Sequence record: MK509462
DNA: 64,000 nt
Reading direction: 5' to 3' (one strand)
DNA from: Shigella phage MK-13
Shown: positions 55,848 to 64,000 of the stretch, piece by piece
Layout: the number at the start of each line of letters is the position of its first letter
How positions within the stretch are numbered: the stretch's first letter is position 1
Translations under genes and position numbers: made by a program
The notes under the pieces: generated by a model
Seen by the model: the letters and a program-made list of their open reading frames with translations, nothing else
What the model was told of the DNA's origin: nothing
Database searches by the model: none

Positions 55848-56309
55848 ATGACAAACAAAGTACTCACCAACCCACTGCACAACTTCGGTTACATTCAACT
55901 CCCTCTGGTGATCGACACCCTGTACGCCGACGACAAAGAAGAGATCTGCTGGTCACCCGCTGCACTGATTGAACGCGAAATCTTCAAGTCTGTTGTTGAT
56001 GTTATGTTCCGTATCGGTCGCAATGGACCTCTGGTCTACCTCGGCAAAGTAACTGAACTGAAGACAAGCCACAGTGAACGCTTCCTGCGTATTGATACCA
56101 CAGGGTGCTATCAGCAGGACTTCAACACACTGCGTAACTATGTACTGATCAACCGTCCGGTCAGCCAGCACCGCCCGTACCTGACGTCAATGCACATCGA
56201 CAATTTCATCACCGACGTACACCTCCGCGCCGAAACCCTCCATGAAGAGGAAACAGGCCGAGCTATCGACACAGTCTTAAATATGGTTGTGATCACCCTG
56301 GCGGAGTAG
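55848..56309 (+). CDS. hypothetical protein (153 aa)
   Basis: Conserved aaggaactatatcATG context. Confidence 0.45.
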   Translation: MTNKVLTNPLHNFGYIQLPLVIDTLYADDKEEICWSPAALIEREIFKSVVDVMFRIGRNGPLVYLGKVTELKTSHSERFLRIDTTGCYQQDFNTLRNYVLINRPVSQHRPYLTSMHIDNFITDVHLRAETLHEEETGRAIDTVLNMVVITLAE

Positions 56310-56314
56310 ACCTC

Positions 56315-56665
56315 ATGCAAGATTACAAAGAGTTGAGAATGCAGCTGGCAGTCCCCATACCAGACAAAGGTTTATACCAGAACCTGCAACATCTGATGTC
56401 TGAAGGGCACATGCTACCATTGCGGTCTGAGGATGGATCTCAGATCGGTTATGCCACCAGTTGCGTGGTCTACGACAAACCAGGAGACGAAGAGCGTGGG
56501 AAGGTCAGTGTCGGTTCCAGATTTGTGTTGAACAAGAAGCTGGAGGGATCAGTGGTTGACGTCAGACCGATGATTATCCTCTACCACTTCAACGGTAAAG
56601 AGATGTTCAGGTTATTGAGCCACTTTATGCTGGTCGTGGCTCCGGCATTCAGGACGAAATTCTAA
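56315..56665 (+). CDS. hypothetical protein (116 aa)
   Basis: ORF closely following upstream gene. Confidence 0.45.
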   Translation: MQDYKELRMQLAVPIPDKGLYQNLQHLMSEGHMLPLRSEDGSQIGYATSCVVYDKPGDEERGKVSVGSRFVLNKKLEGSVVDVRPMIILYHFNGKEMFRLLSHFMLVVAPAFRTKF

Positions 56666-57042
56666 TTCGTCCTTTTCAACCACACGGTGTCTGTTATTGG
56701 ATCTGGATTGTTGACCACATAGAATGTGATGGTCACACCCAGAGAATGGTAATCCTCTGACAGACTCACCGTGACTTCTTCTACCTCGGCTCGCCGTTCA
56801 TACAGAGCAATAGCATCTTCAACTTTGTTCTTCACATCTACCTGAATCGTTGGGGTGGTGTTCTCTCCAAGGAGATTATACAGCCCTGCGCCGATCCCAG
56901 GATAAGTGGGCCAGTCACCGACTGAAGACATGACGATATTCCGCACAGATTGCAAGACAGCGTATACGCCTGATTTCATGGTGACATCTTTGGTCACCGG
57001 GTGCATGCCGAACTTCAGATCGACATCTTTGTACTCTTTCAT
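56662..57042 (-). CDS. baseplate wedge protein, gp25/GPW-like
   Basis: Size and pattern (PGIGAGLYNLLGE..., ...YVVNNPDPI...) resemble T4 gp25; adjacent to gp5 homolog. Confidence 0.7.
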   Translation of the reverse strand: MKEYKDVDLKFGMHPVTKDVTMKSGVYAVLQSVRNIVMSSVGDWPTYPGIGAGLYNLLGENTTPTIQVDVKNKVEDAIALYERRAEVEEVTVSLSEDYHSLGVTITFYVVNNPDPITDTVWLKRTN

Positions 57043-57115
57043 TTCGCGATCCTCTCAGGATGCCTATAAGGAGCAGAGAGGCATGCTGCCCCTCTGCCAC
57101 TAAACTTATACCAAC

Positions 57116-58726
57116 TTACTCTTCGGTGCCGAAATTACCACCATTGTCTTTTAATTCTGCCTTGATATCAATCTCACCTGGTCCCGTAGGGGATGCAGGG
57201 GTTGCACCTGACAGAGAAGAAGCGCGACCAGCACCTTCGGCATATATGATGTTACCATTAATCGTCTGAGCAACCGTCAGTTTGTCGGCGATGATCTCTG
57301 TTGCCAGAATCTTAGGAACCTTCAACGTCCCGCCGACCTCCAGAGTCTCGCAGATGATGCGCAGAATATTCTGTGCTTGCAACTCAGCCAGGTCACTGAA
57401 TTTCATCAGCGCTGTACCCGCAACCACGTTGGAGTAGTTGTTGGAGTGAAGGTGATAGACCTCGCCAGTCTTGCGCTGCACTTCAGTTCCTTTGACCGTC
57501 AGGTTGTGGTCCCCGCCGACATAATAGCGCTTGTCAAACATGGTCAGGTCATAATGATCCTTCACTGACTTGTTGACGACGTCGCCGTTCGGGAGCATCT
57601 GTTTGTAGGAGCCGGACATGTGCATCCAATGAAGACGCTCACCACCAGGAGTGTCGTCCACCTCCATTATGTGACCTGCTCGGGATGCCATGACGTTGTT
57701 GTACGGGTACTTGGAGCCACCCGCTGCCGGAACCATAGTTTCGCCCGTGTTATCAATATCCTGTACGCGCCCTGTAGGAGCCGGAGTTGCCTGCTCTTTT
57801 GGGGTACGATCAGGGATAGGCTCAGACCATTTCCCGTTCTGTTGTGCTGGGGCGGCTGAAGCTGTATTCGCCGGACCAGGCCAGCGGTAGCCCAGGACTG
57901 ACGAACGGCTGAATCGGCTGACCTTCACTGAATCGGATTGGTTGCCACCGATACACCAGACATAGTTTGCATCGAACTTCTGTACAAACGCCACGTGTCC
58001 AAATGTAGGGTTGTTACCGCGCCGGAAGACTACGATAGCACCATATTGTGGCGCTGACAGTGCACTACCCCATGTAAGGTAAGATCGGGCAAGAGCGGAG
58101 CGCGTAGACGTGTATCCAGCCTGCAACATAACCCAGCCCACGAACGCCGCACACCACGACACTTCATCTTCAGAAGCACCAAGGGAGGTTGTCTTGTGAT
58201 ATTCTATAATGCGCGGGTTGTTGTTGAACTTTCCGGCGTACTCCTTGACACCCAGCTCACCACGAGCGATGGTCATCCATTTTTCAGGATCATACCCACC
58301 AACAGGTGGTTGTGGATCTGGTTGTGGTTCGTCTTCTTGTTTCACAGGAACGTCAGTGACGGCGTTGTACGCCTGACGTTCTACCGATTGAACGACCTGT
58401 CCGAGAGCCAGCGGGTTCGTGTCAGCTCCATCAGTGGGACTTGCCCCAGGCCAAGTCCAAGTGATACGCAGGTTCTGGTATGCTTCGTCAAGGGCGAACC
58501 CCATAACCTCAGTGCCAGGAATGATACCCGTTGGAGACCAACCTAAACCAGCAGAGGAGGCGTTTGAAGCAGGCATCAGTACCTTCGCCCATGGGAGTTT
58601 GTCCGTAGGCAGGAGGACGGTGTCATCAGTGTGGACGCCATAGATGCGGACGGCGACGCGCCCGTTTTGGTCTGGATCGTTGACATCTTCAACGGTGCCA
58701 TAAAACCATCTCATATTGTCTAACAT
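57116..58726 (-). CDS. baseplate central spike gp5-like with CHAP-type peptidoglycan hydrolase domain
   Basis: N-terminus MLDNMRWFYGTVEDVNDP matches T4 gp5 OB-fold start; central WCAAFVGWV...GHVAFV resembles CHAP Cys/His peptidase rather than T4 lysozyme. Confidence 0.7.
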   Translation of the reverse strand: MLDNMRWFYGTVEDVNDPDQNGRVAVRIYGVHTDDTVLLPTDKLPWAKVLMPASNASSAGLGWSPTGIIPGTEVMGFALDEAYQNLRITWTWPGASPTDGADTNPLALGQVVQSVERQAYNAVTDVPVKQEDEPQPDPQPPVGGYDPEKWMTIARGELGVKEYAGKFNNNPRIIEYHKTTSLGASEDEVSWCAAFVGWVMLQAGYTSTRSALARSYLTWGSALSAPQYGAIVVFRRGNNPTFGHVAFVQKFDANYVWCIGGNQSDSVKVSRFSRSSVLGYRWPGPANTASAAPAQQNGKWSEPIPDRTPKEQATPAPTGRVQDIDNTGETMVPAAGGSKYPYNNVMASRAGHIMEVDDTPGGERLHWMHMSGSYKQMLPNGDVVNKSVKDHYDLTMFDKRYYVGGDHNLTVKGTEVQRKTGEVYHLHSNNYSNVVAGTALMKFSDLAELQAQNILRIICETLEVGGTLKVPKILATEIIADKLTVAQTINGNIIYAEGAGRASSLSGATPASPTGPGEIDIKAELKDNGGNFGTEE

Positions 58727-59069
58727 ATTGAGTTCCGGTTGTCAAACAAGGATTTGAAGGTATTTATGCGCAGCGGATTTTGCCTTATATACTATAGGAA
58801 GCTCTGCTTCCGTTCATTTTATTTGTTATTCGATCCTATTCGCTTCGCTCATCACACCGCCTTATGCAGGCAGCACCATTCCAATGCCATGGAGGCATAA
58901 GAGCGAGGCAATAACTGTACACCTCAGAACACTCCTTGAAAAATGGTATTTTACTGACAATCTGATTCAAAATAGACGATCCCCAACAAATGACTCAGGA
59001 ACAAGCCCATTATAACAATTTCAGGTAAAGAGAGCACGCGTTAACCTGTTTTACAGTTAAGCCAATAAA

Positions 59070-59089
59070 AATCCCGCCGAAGCGGGATT
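59070..59089 (-). terminator. rho-independent terminator (minus strand)
   Basis: aatcccgccgaagcgggatt with A-run upstream on + strand, i.e. T-run downstream on minus strand. Confidence 0.6.
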
Positions 59090-59236
59090 ACTGTTTCTTA
59101 GACAACCTGACCTTGAGGGCTTCGGTTAACAAGTCAAGATGCCACGGCATCGACTCGTTGATTTCAAATATGCTATAGCCGTGTAACTTCAATTCATCAC
59201 ACATCACGAAGTAGGATAGTAAATCAGTTTCAAACA

Positions 59237-60043
59237 TTAGATGAAAATTTCATTAATGCTATTGAATTCGATCTTGTGTTCCTTACCACACTTCGGACAC
59301 TTGATTGAACTCTTGTAGTGGATGCGCGGTATTTTGTGGAAGAAGTTCTTCGTAATGCTGTCGATGACATCTGATTCGATGTTATCCTTCACCCACCCAA
59401 CAAACGCTTCTTTCACACGGCGGCGCTCGGTGGCCTCTTCCGGAGTGATCCCGATTTCTTCAGGATTCTCAACCTTCCACACCTGACCGTCATCGTCGTA
59501 CAGACAGTCGATAAAGGTGGCCAGCATCATCTCAACACTTGCAGCATCAGACAGCGCCGTAGCGTCTGAGAAGGAAGGTTGGCGCATCTTGAGGTGATAT
59601 CCGCCTGGCAGGTCAAACGTCTCCTGGAAGCCGTCCTGTGCAATGCATTTTACATTGTTCAGCGGGATAGGCAGAGTCAGTTCCTGCTCACAGGGAACCA
59701 TCTGGCGCTTTTCTTGGCCATCTCCCAGATCGATCGTTTCTTCAACCTGATTATTGCACTTGTAGCGAATCTTCATCAATTCGCCGATGGCGATCATGCG
59801 CATACGGATGAACACTTCCTCAACAACACCGATTGGCAGTTTGCTGAAAGGCGCACCTGCATTCACACACTCGCTGAAGAGGCTCTCCATCATGGCCGCG
59901 CGTTCTTCAATCGGCGTTTGCGGATCTGACACCTGAAGTAATAAAGTTTGTTGCCCCGCAGTAAAGGCGCGATATTTGATCACAGTAGGCCAAAAGTCGC
60001 TTTTATATGTCTTTTCTGTTCTGGGCAATGATGGCAAATTCAT
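59237..60043 (-). CDS. hypothetical protein with C-terminal zinc ribbon (268 aa), possibly baseplate-associated
   Basis: GGAG RBS; CPKCGKEH near C-terminus; upstream of gp5 on same strand. Confidence 0.5.
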   Translation of the reverse strand: MNLPSLPRTEKTYKSDFWPTVIKYRAFTAGQQTLLLQVSDPQTPIEERAAMMESLFSECVNAGAPFSKLPIGVVEEVFIRMRMIAIGELMKIRYKCNNQVEETIDLGDGQEKRQMVPCEQELTLPIPLNNVKCIAQDGFQETFDLPGGYHLKMRQPSFSDATALSDAASVEMMLATFIDCLYDDDGQVWKVENPEEIGITPEEATERRRVKEAFVGWVKDNIESDVIDSITKNFFHKIPRIHYKSSIKCPKCGKEHKIEFNSINEIFI

Positions 60044-60092
60044 AATGTATCTCCACGGTATATTGTAAGAGTAATTATAACGAGGAATGAAA

Positions 60093-60617
60093 ATGCGCGG
60101 ATTTTGTTTTAGTGAAATAGGCAAAGAATTGTCTATACAATATCCCGATCCCAACACAGACTTCTTTATCTTCCTGTCCGATTATGCCAAGAAAGAGAAT
60201 ATTCTCCAGGTGGCAATGAAGCACGAAGATTATAAGTTCTGTCGTCTGGGCGTCAAGGATTTATTGTCGTATGGCCTACAGGTGGTCATCGTAGACCCGT
60301 GCTACAGCCCTATCGACGATGAAGAAGTGTTGCCTGTCTATGTCCACCGCAATATTGACACCCTTGACAAAAATTATCCCGATTGTATTGTTATCGGTGA
60401 ACTCATCTCTTATTATCATCGTGGGCGAAAGCTGGAACAGATTAAAAGTTATTTTCAAGAGGGGGTTGGTCAATATAAGATGAATGCCCTCAGTAGTGGA
60501 TGGAGGGTGCTGTCTTCAGCAGGTGGTGCCGACTATATTAAGATGCGTGTCTACCAATATGTTGTGGAGCGCGATTATGAACTGGAGAAAAGTAATGCAA
60601 AACGAAAAACCCGTTGA
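60093..60617 (+). CDS. hypothetical protein (174 aa)
   Basis: GAGGAA RBS; second ATG chosen by spacing. Confidence 0.45.
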   Translation: MRGFCFSEIGKELSIQYPDPNTDFFIFLSDYAKKENILQVAMKHEDYKFCRLGVKDLLSYGLQVVIVDPCYSPIDDEEVLPVYVHRNIDTLDKNYPDCIVIGELISYYHRGRKLEQIKSYFQEGVGQYKMNALSSGWRVLSSAGGADYIKMRVYQYVVERDYELEKSNAKRKTR

Positions 60618-61086
60618 ACGTGCTCCGATTGAGGAAGTACAACAACACGTCCTGGACCTTATGAAACACACAGTTTCTGATGCCGAAGGTAAAGTGCCGG
60701 ATGAGTTCATCGGTGCGTTCGATCAGGTGGCTTTCGATACCGAGGGAGTTCCTTTGATCCAGACGATCGCTGGTATGGTGTTGTTTGACCCGACAGCAGC
60801 AGAAAACGGCGCTATCGTCTACTCAGCCAACATCGGCGTTGACGGTGAATCCCTGTCGCTGGAAGTCAGCAACATCGCCAAGTACCTGATGAAATGCGGG
60901 TATGATCTGCAGGTTGTGTCGGCTCATTATATCGATCCTCAGGGGCAGATCTCTTATGGTGATGAGGCTCGCAAAGTGAAACGCCACATCGACACTACCG
61001 TGATCCTGCAGAGTATCCAACAGATGCAGAAGAACCTGGACCACCCTGGTCTGATCCTGCCTGATAGCAAAATCATCACCCGTTAA
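60595..61086 (+). CDS. hypothetical protein (163 aa)
   Basis: GGAG RBS; overlaps upstream gene end. Confidence 0.45.
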   Translation: MQNEKPVERAPIEEVQQHVLDLMKHTVSDAEGKVPDEFIGAFDQVAFDTEGVPLIQTIAGMVLFDPTAAENGAIVYSANIGVDGESLSLEVSNIAKYLMKCGYDLQVVSAHYIDPQGQISYGDEARKVKRHIDTTVILQSIQQMQKNLDHPGLILPDSKIITR

Positions 61087-61094
61087 CCCGGCGT

Positions 61095-61136
61095 AAATAG
61101 CCCATACACCAATGAAACTTCGTTATGGGCTATTTA
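61095..61136 (+). promoter_or_regulatory. perfect 12-bp inverted repeat hairpin directly upstream of resolvase gene
   Basis: aatagcccata ... tatgggctatt with 16-nt loop, ending 2 nt before ATG. Confidence 0.4.
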
Positions 61137-61137
61137 C

Positions 61138-61728
61138 ATGAAATATTGCGGAATCGACTACTCCTATGGTTGCCCATCCCTGTGCTTCTGGGATGACAAA
61201 GACCCTCTTGATTTTGATCATCTGCGCTTCTACGCATATTATACTGTGGAGAAGTACTGCACTCAGATTCGCCAGAACATCCTCATCATGAAGCAGCCGA
61301 AGTGGGAGACCCCAGAAGAGCGCTTCTATAACATCTGTAAATGGGCTGAGGCTGTCCTGTTGACCGAGAAGCCGGATGCGATCACTCTTGAAGGGTATGC
61401 CATGGGCAACTCTAAGAACTCCAACAACATCTGCCAGACCGCAGAGAATACCTCTCTGTTGAAGCAAGCCCTGCGCCGTAACAATTTCGACTTCCAGATC
61501 GTGACGCCATCCCATGTGAAGAAGATGTTCACCGACAAGGGCAACGCGGATAAACACGCCATGATCGCTCACTTCGAGTCGCTGTTCAATGTTAATATGC
61601 GCGGTATAATGGACATGTTGGAAGTTAAGGATCCCAAGCCAATCGATGACCTCGTGGATTCGTTTGCGATAATGGCTTGTGGCTCTTACTTCATTGAGAA
61701 TAATCCAGACTTCAACAGAGGTGTATAA
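61138..61728 (+). CDS. RuvC-like Holliday junction resolvase
   Basis: MKYCGIDYS (GID), ITLEGYA (E), DLVDSFAIMACG (D..D) fit RuvC-fold catalytic residues. Confidence 0.6.
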   Translation: MKYCGIDYSYGCPSLCFWDDKDPLDFDHLRFYAYYTVEKYCTQIRQNILIMKQPKWETPEERFYNICKWAEAVLLTEKPDAITLEGYAMGNSKNSNNICQTAENTSLLKQALRRNNFDFQIVTPSHVKKMFTDKGNADKHAMIAHFESLFNVNMRGIMDMLEVKDPKPIDDLVDSFAIMACGSYFIENNPDFNRGV

Positions 61729-62039
61729 TGGTCGATTACTGGTTGTTGGCGAACTTCCTGACGTTCGCTTTGTTGTTAGTGGTTGTCTTGGTCTGGGTGA
61801 AGTCGTTCTTCACTCTGGTTCATGCGTATGTGTACCAGATCAACTTCTACACACTGTCACCACATCGTGACACGAACGTTCGTGCCGATCAACAGGCCGA
61901 GGCTATCCTCTCATATCAGTTCATTCAGATCCGTGACAAAATGATTAAACGCATTGTGTTTTCTACAGTGTTGCTGCTGGTTATCATTATGGTTCGTTTT
62001 GTGCTGACAACTGTGGGGGTGTTCCATGCCGCTGTATGA
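61728..62039 (+). CDS. hypothetical membrane protein (103 aa)
   Basis: Two hydrophobic segments; AGAGG RBS; ATGA overlap. Confidence 0.45.
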   Translation: MVDYWLLANFLTFALLLVVVLVWVKSFFTLVHAYVYQINFYTLSPHRDTNVRADQQAEAILSYQFIQIRDKMIKRIVFSTVLLLVIIMVRFVLTTVGVFHAAV

Positions 62040-62271
62040 TTATCAATGCAAGGGCTGTGGTAACGCGTTGACACTGCGTAAATCTATTGCAGATCGCCAT
62101 GAGCCTGAATCCAACCCCTGCACTGAGTGCGGAGGGGAGATTAAAATGGTGGTGGGTGCTCCCAAGATTGTCTCTGGGGTGAAGGGACCACAATCGGCTC
62201 CAGACGGCTTCAAGGACGTCTTGCGCACGATAAAGAAGGGTTCGGGCAAGGGGAACACGATCGATGTCTGA
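62026..62271 (+). CDS. FmdB-family zinc-ribbon protein
   Basis: MPLYDYQCKGCG...CTECGG pattern. Confidence 0.6.
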   Translation: MPLYDYQCKGCGNALTLRKSIADRHEPESNPCTECGGEIKMVVGAPKIVSGVKGPQSAPDGFKDVLRTIKKGSGKGNTIDV

Positions 62272-62509
62272 CGAAAAACTACCAGCGCTTGTAATGACAC
62301 CAGAATCATTTTCTGAAATTGTCCTACTGCGCGCCGCCCAAACCAAGGATAGTATCCTTGAGACTCTGGCTGCTGTCTGTGAAGAGAACGACATAGACGA
62401 AACCAAAGTCAGAAAGATGATTACAGCACCATTGTTGTCGCGACTGACAGCTGAGTGCTCCGATGCGCGCCTGATCAAAGACACGCTGAAGTCCAAGAAA
62501 TTAGTGTAG
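62264..62509 (+). CDS. hypothetical protein (81 aa)
   Basis: ORF overlapping upstream stop. Confidence 0.4.
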   Translation: MSDEKLPALVMTPESFSEIVLLRAAQTKDSILETLAAVCEENDIDETKVRKMITAPLLSRLTAECSDARLIKDTLKSKKLV

Positions 62510-62516
62510 GTTTATT

Positions 62517-62756
62517 ATGAGCAAAGAATCAATTTACAGCGCAATGAAAGCTGCCGAGTTTCTTCCTGGCGCAATGCGCTGGCGAGTGGGTAGCCTGAAC
62601 GAGCATGCCGACCAGACGGATCGTATTCGTTACGTTACCCCTGATGGTCGCTCATATGTCGTTGAGTACCATACCCACGAGGAAGGCAAGAAGACGTTTT
62701 CGGACGTGTTCGACATTATTGAAATTGACCCAGCAAATCAAGTGCTTAAAGGTTAA
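62517..62756 (+). CDS. hypothetical protein (79 aa)
   Basis: ORF with short intergenic spacing. Confidence 0.4.
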   Translation: MSKESIYSAMKAAEFLPGAMRWRVGSLNEHADQTDRIRYVTPDGRSYVVEYHTHEEGKKTFSDVFDIIEIDPANQVLKG

Positions 62757-62854
62757 ATCAATGTAGTATCGGGGTATAATTACCCCGCTTGTAACAAAAC
62801 TGAAAATACATGTAACAGAATAGCCCTGAGGGGCGGAAACAGAGGAATTAAGAA

Positions 62855-63886
62855 ATGGGTAATTTATTCGATCGTCTGAAAGCGTCCCGTGGCCAGCAAG
62901 CTGACGCAATGCAGGCGCGTCTTGCACAGCAAGGCCAGAAGTCCGGCTTCCAGAAGGATCCTCGCATCTGGAAATGGACTTGGAACAAAGATGGCATCTC
63001 CGAGAACACCATCCGCTTCCTACCAGTCCCACTGGTAGACATCAAGGCACAGGAAGAAGGAACGATCGATAAAGATCAGATCCTGACCCCTTGCGCCATG
63101 ATCATGAAGCATCAGTTCCAGGGACCTGGTGGTTGGTACATTGAGAACTCACCTCAGACGTTCGGCAACGACGATCCGGTGCGCGACCATGACCGTCCGC
63201 TGTGGGCGCAACAGAAAGAAACGAACGACGAAAAGCTGAAGGACATCCTGAAGAAACGTCTGCCTGACACCAAATACTACGCCAACATCCTGGTGATCAA
63301 CGATGTCAACGTACCGGAAAACAACGGCAAGGTCTTCCTGCTGGAGTTTGGTAACGCCATCAAGAAAATCCTGGATCAGGCGCAGAATCCTAAGTTCCCA
63401 ACCGACCCTAAATTCGATCCGTTCGATCTGTGGGAAGGTGCCAACCTGAACCTGAAGCTCTTTGGTGAGCAGAAGAAGTTTGGGAACTGGGAAGGTCTGG
63501 TGGCCAACTTCTCCAACGTCAGTTGGGCTGCTCCGGCTCCACTGAGCGACGACGAAGCCTACATGGAAGACGTGTGGTCTCGTGAACACAGCCTGTTTGA
63601 ATTCTTCAATCCGGCTAACTTCAAAGACTACGACTCTCTGGAAAAGCGTCTGCGTAAAGTTCTGGCAATCCCTGATGGCCAGCCTCTGGTTGAAGGTGGT
63701 GCGGCCACGATGGCACATGCCCCTAACACCCAGACTGCTCACCAGCAGCCAACTGCTCAAGACAGCCTGAAACAACAGCAGGCCGCGCCGTCACAGACTC
63801 AGACTCAAATTCAGTCTCAGCCTACACCGGATGCCAAGAACACGGCTTCCATTGACGACTTCGAGCAGTATCTCAAGTCTAACTAA
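62855..63886 (+). CDS. single-stranded DNA-binding protein, gp32-like
   Basis: IRFLPV, WY, ANILVINDVNVPENNGKVFLLEFG, WEGANLNLK match T4 gp32; acidic low-complexity C-terminus. Confidence 0.9.
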   Translation: MGNLFDRLKASRGQQADAMQARLAQQGQKSGFQKDPRIWKWTWNKDGISENTIRFLPVPLVDIKAQEEGTIDKDQILTPCAMIMKHQFQGPGGWYIENSPQTFGNDDPVRDHDRPLWAQQKETNDEKLKDILKKRLPDTKYYANILVINDVNVPENNGKVFLLEFGNAIKKILDQAQNPKFPTDPKFDPFDLWEGANLNLKLFGEQKKFGNWEGLVANFSNVSWAAPAPLSDDEAYMEDVWSREHSLFEFFNPANFKDYDSLEKRLRKVLAIPDGQPLVEGGAATMAHAPNTQTAHQQPTAQDSLKQQQAAPSQTQTQIQSQPTPDAKNTASIDDFEQYLKSN

Positions 63887-63891
63887 TGAAC

Positions 63892-63916
63892 AAGCCCTCT
63901 TCGGAGGGCTTTTTAT
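63892..63916. terminator. terminator hairpin between convergent genes
   Basis: aagccctcttcggagggctt followed by T-run. Confidence 0.65.
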
Positions 63917-64000
63917 TTGCCCATCACGTCTTGCAATATCCCCAACAGGTTTGTCTTCTCCGCCGCCGTCAGGTTATCGTTGCCCATGATGTCACGAGAG
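63913..64000 (-). CDS. hypothetical protein (3' end only; gene continues beyond window)
   Basis: Minus-strand open frame entering from window end, stop at 63913..63915. Confidence 0.3.
   Translation of the reverse strand, partial: SRDIMGNDNLTAAEKTNLLGILQDVMGK

Noticed and set aside
63149-63775. 208-aa minus-strand ORF
   Set aside because: Antisense to the gp32 gene.
1-64000. CRISPR arrays, integrase, transposase or other mobile-element genes
   Set aside because: No regularly spaced direct repeats and no recombinase or transposase motifs recognised; the only repeats are the short intergenic hairpin/promoter cassettes.

Overview
This 64-kb window reads as a segment of a T4-superfamily virulent myovirus genome: about 50% GC, densely coding, almost all genes on the + strand, with enterobacterial-style codon usage (inference). 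Recognisable T4 core homologs are: prohead scaffold gp22 (5' partial), major capsid gp23, UvsY, UvsW, sliding clamp gp45, clamp loader gp44/gp62, RegA, late sigma gp55, Mre11/Rad50-like gp47/gp46, primase gp61, ssDNA-binding gp32, baseplate gp5/gp25, internal head proteins with a T4-type capsid-targeting N-terminus, NrdA/NrdB plus a glutaredoxin-like protein, PhoH and an endolysin. Gene order is rearranged relative to T4 and no DNA polymerase follows regA. Accessory content includes an overlapping Prs-like + Nampt-like NAD+ gene pair, a vWA-domain protein, an ACP-like protein lacking the phosphopantetheine serine, a DinG/XPD-like helicase, RNase HI, HU, a RuvC-like resolvase, two PD-(D/E)XK-like nucleases, a ParB-like protein, several signal-peptide/lipoprotein ORFs and many small early ORFs. 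Intergenic regions carry repeated hairpin-plus-early-promoter cassettes (GTTTAC -35 / TATAnT -10) and two exact TATAAATA late-promoter motifs. No rRNA, tRNA, CRISPR array, integrase or transposase was recognised. All functional calls rest on by-eye motif and homology recognition; no database search was run. The most notable candidates for a second look are the Prs/Nampt pair (possible NARP1-type NAD+ reconstitution), the serine-less ACP mimic, the block of large uncharacterised proteins where gp43 is expected, and the cluster of putatively capsid-packaged proteins.
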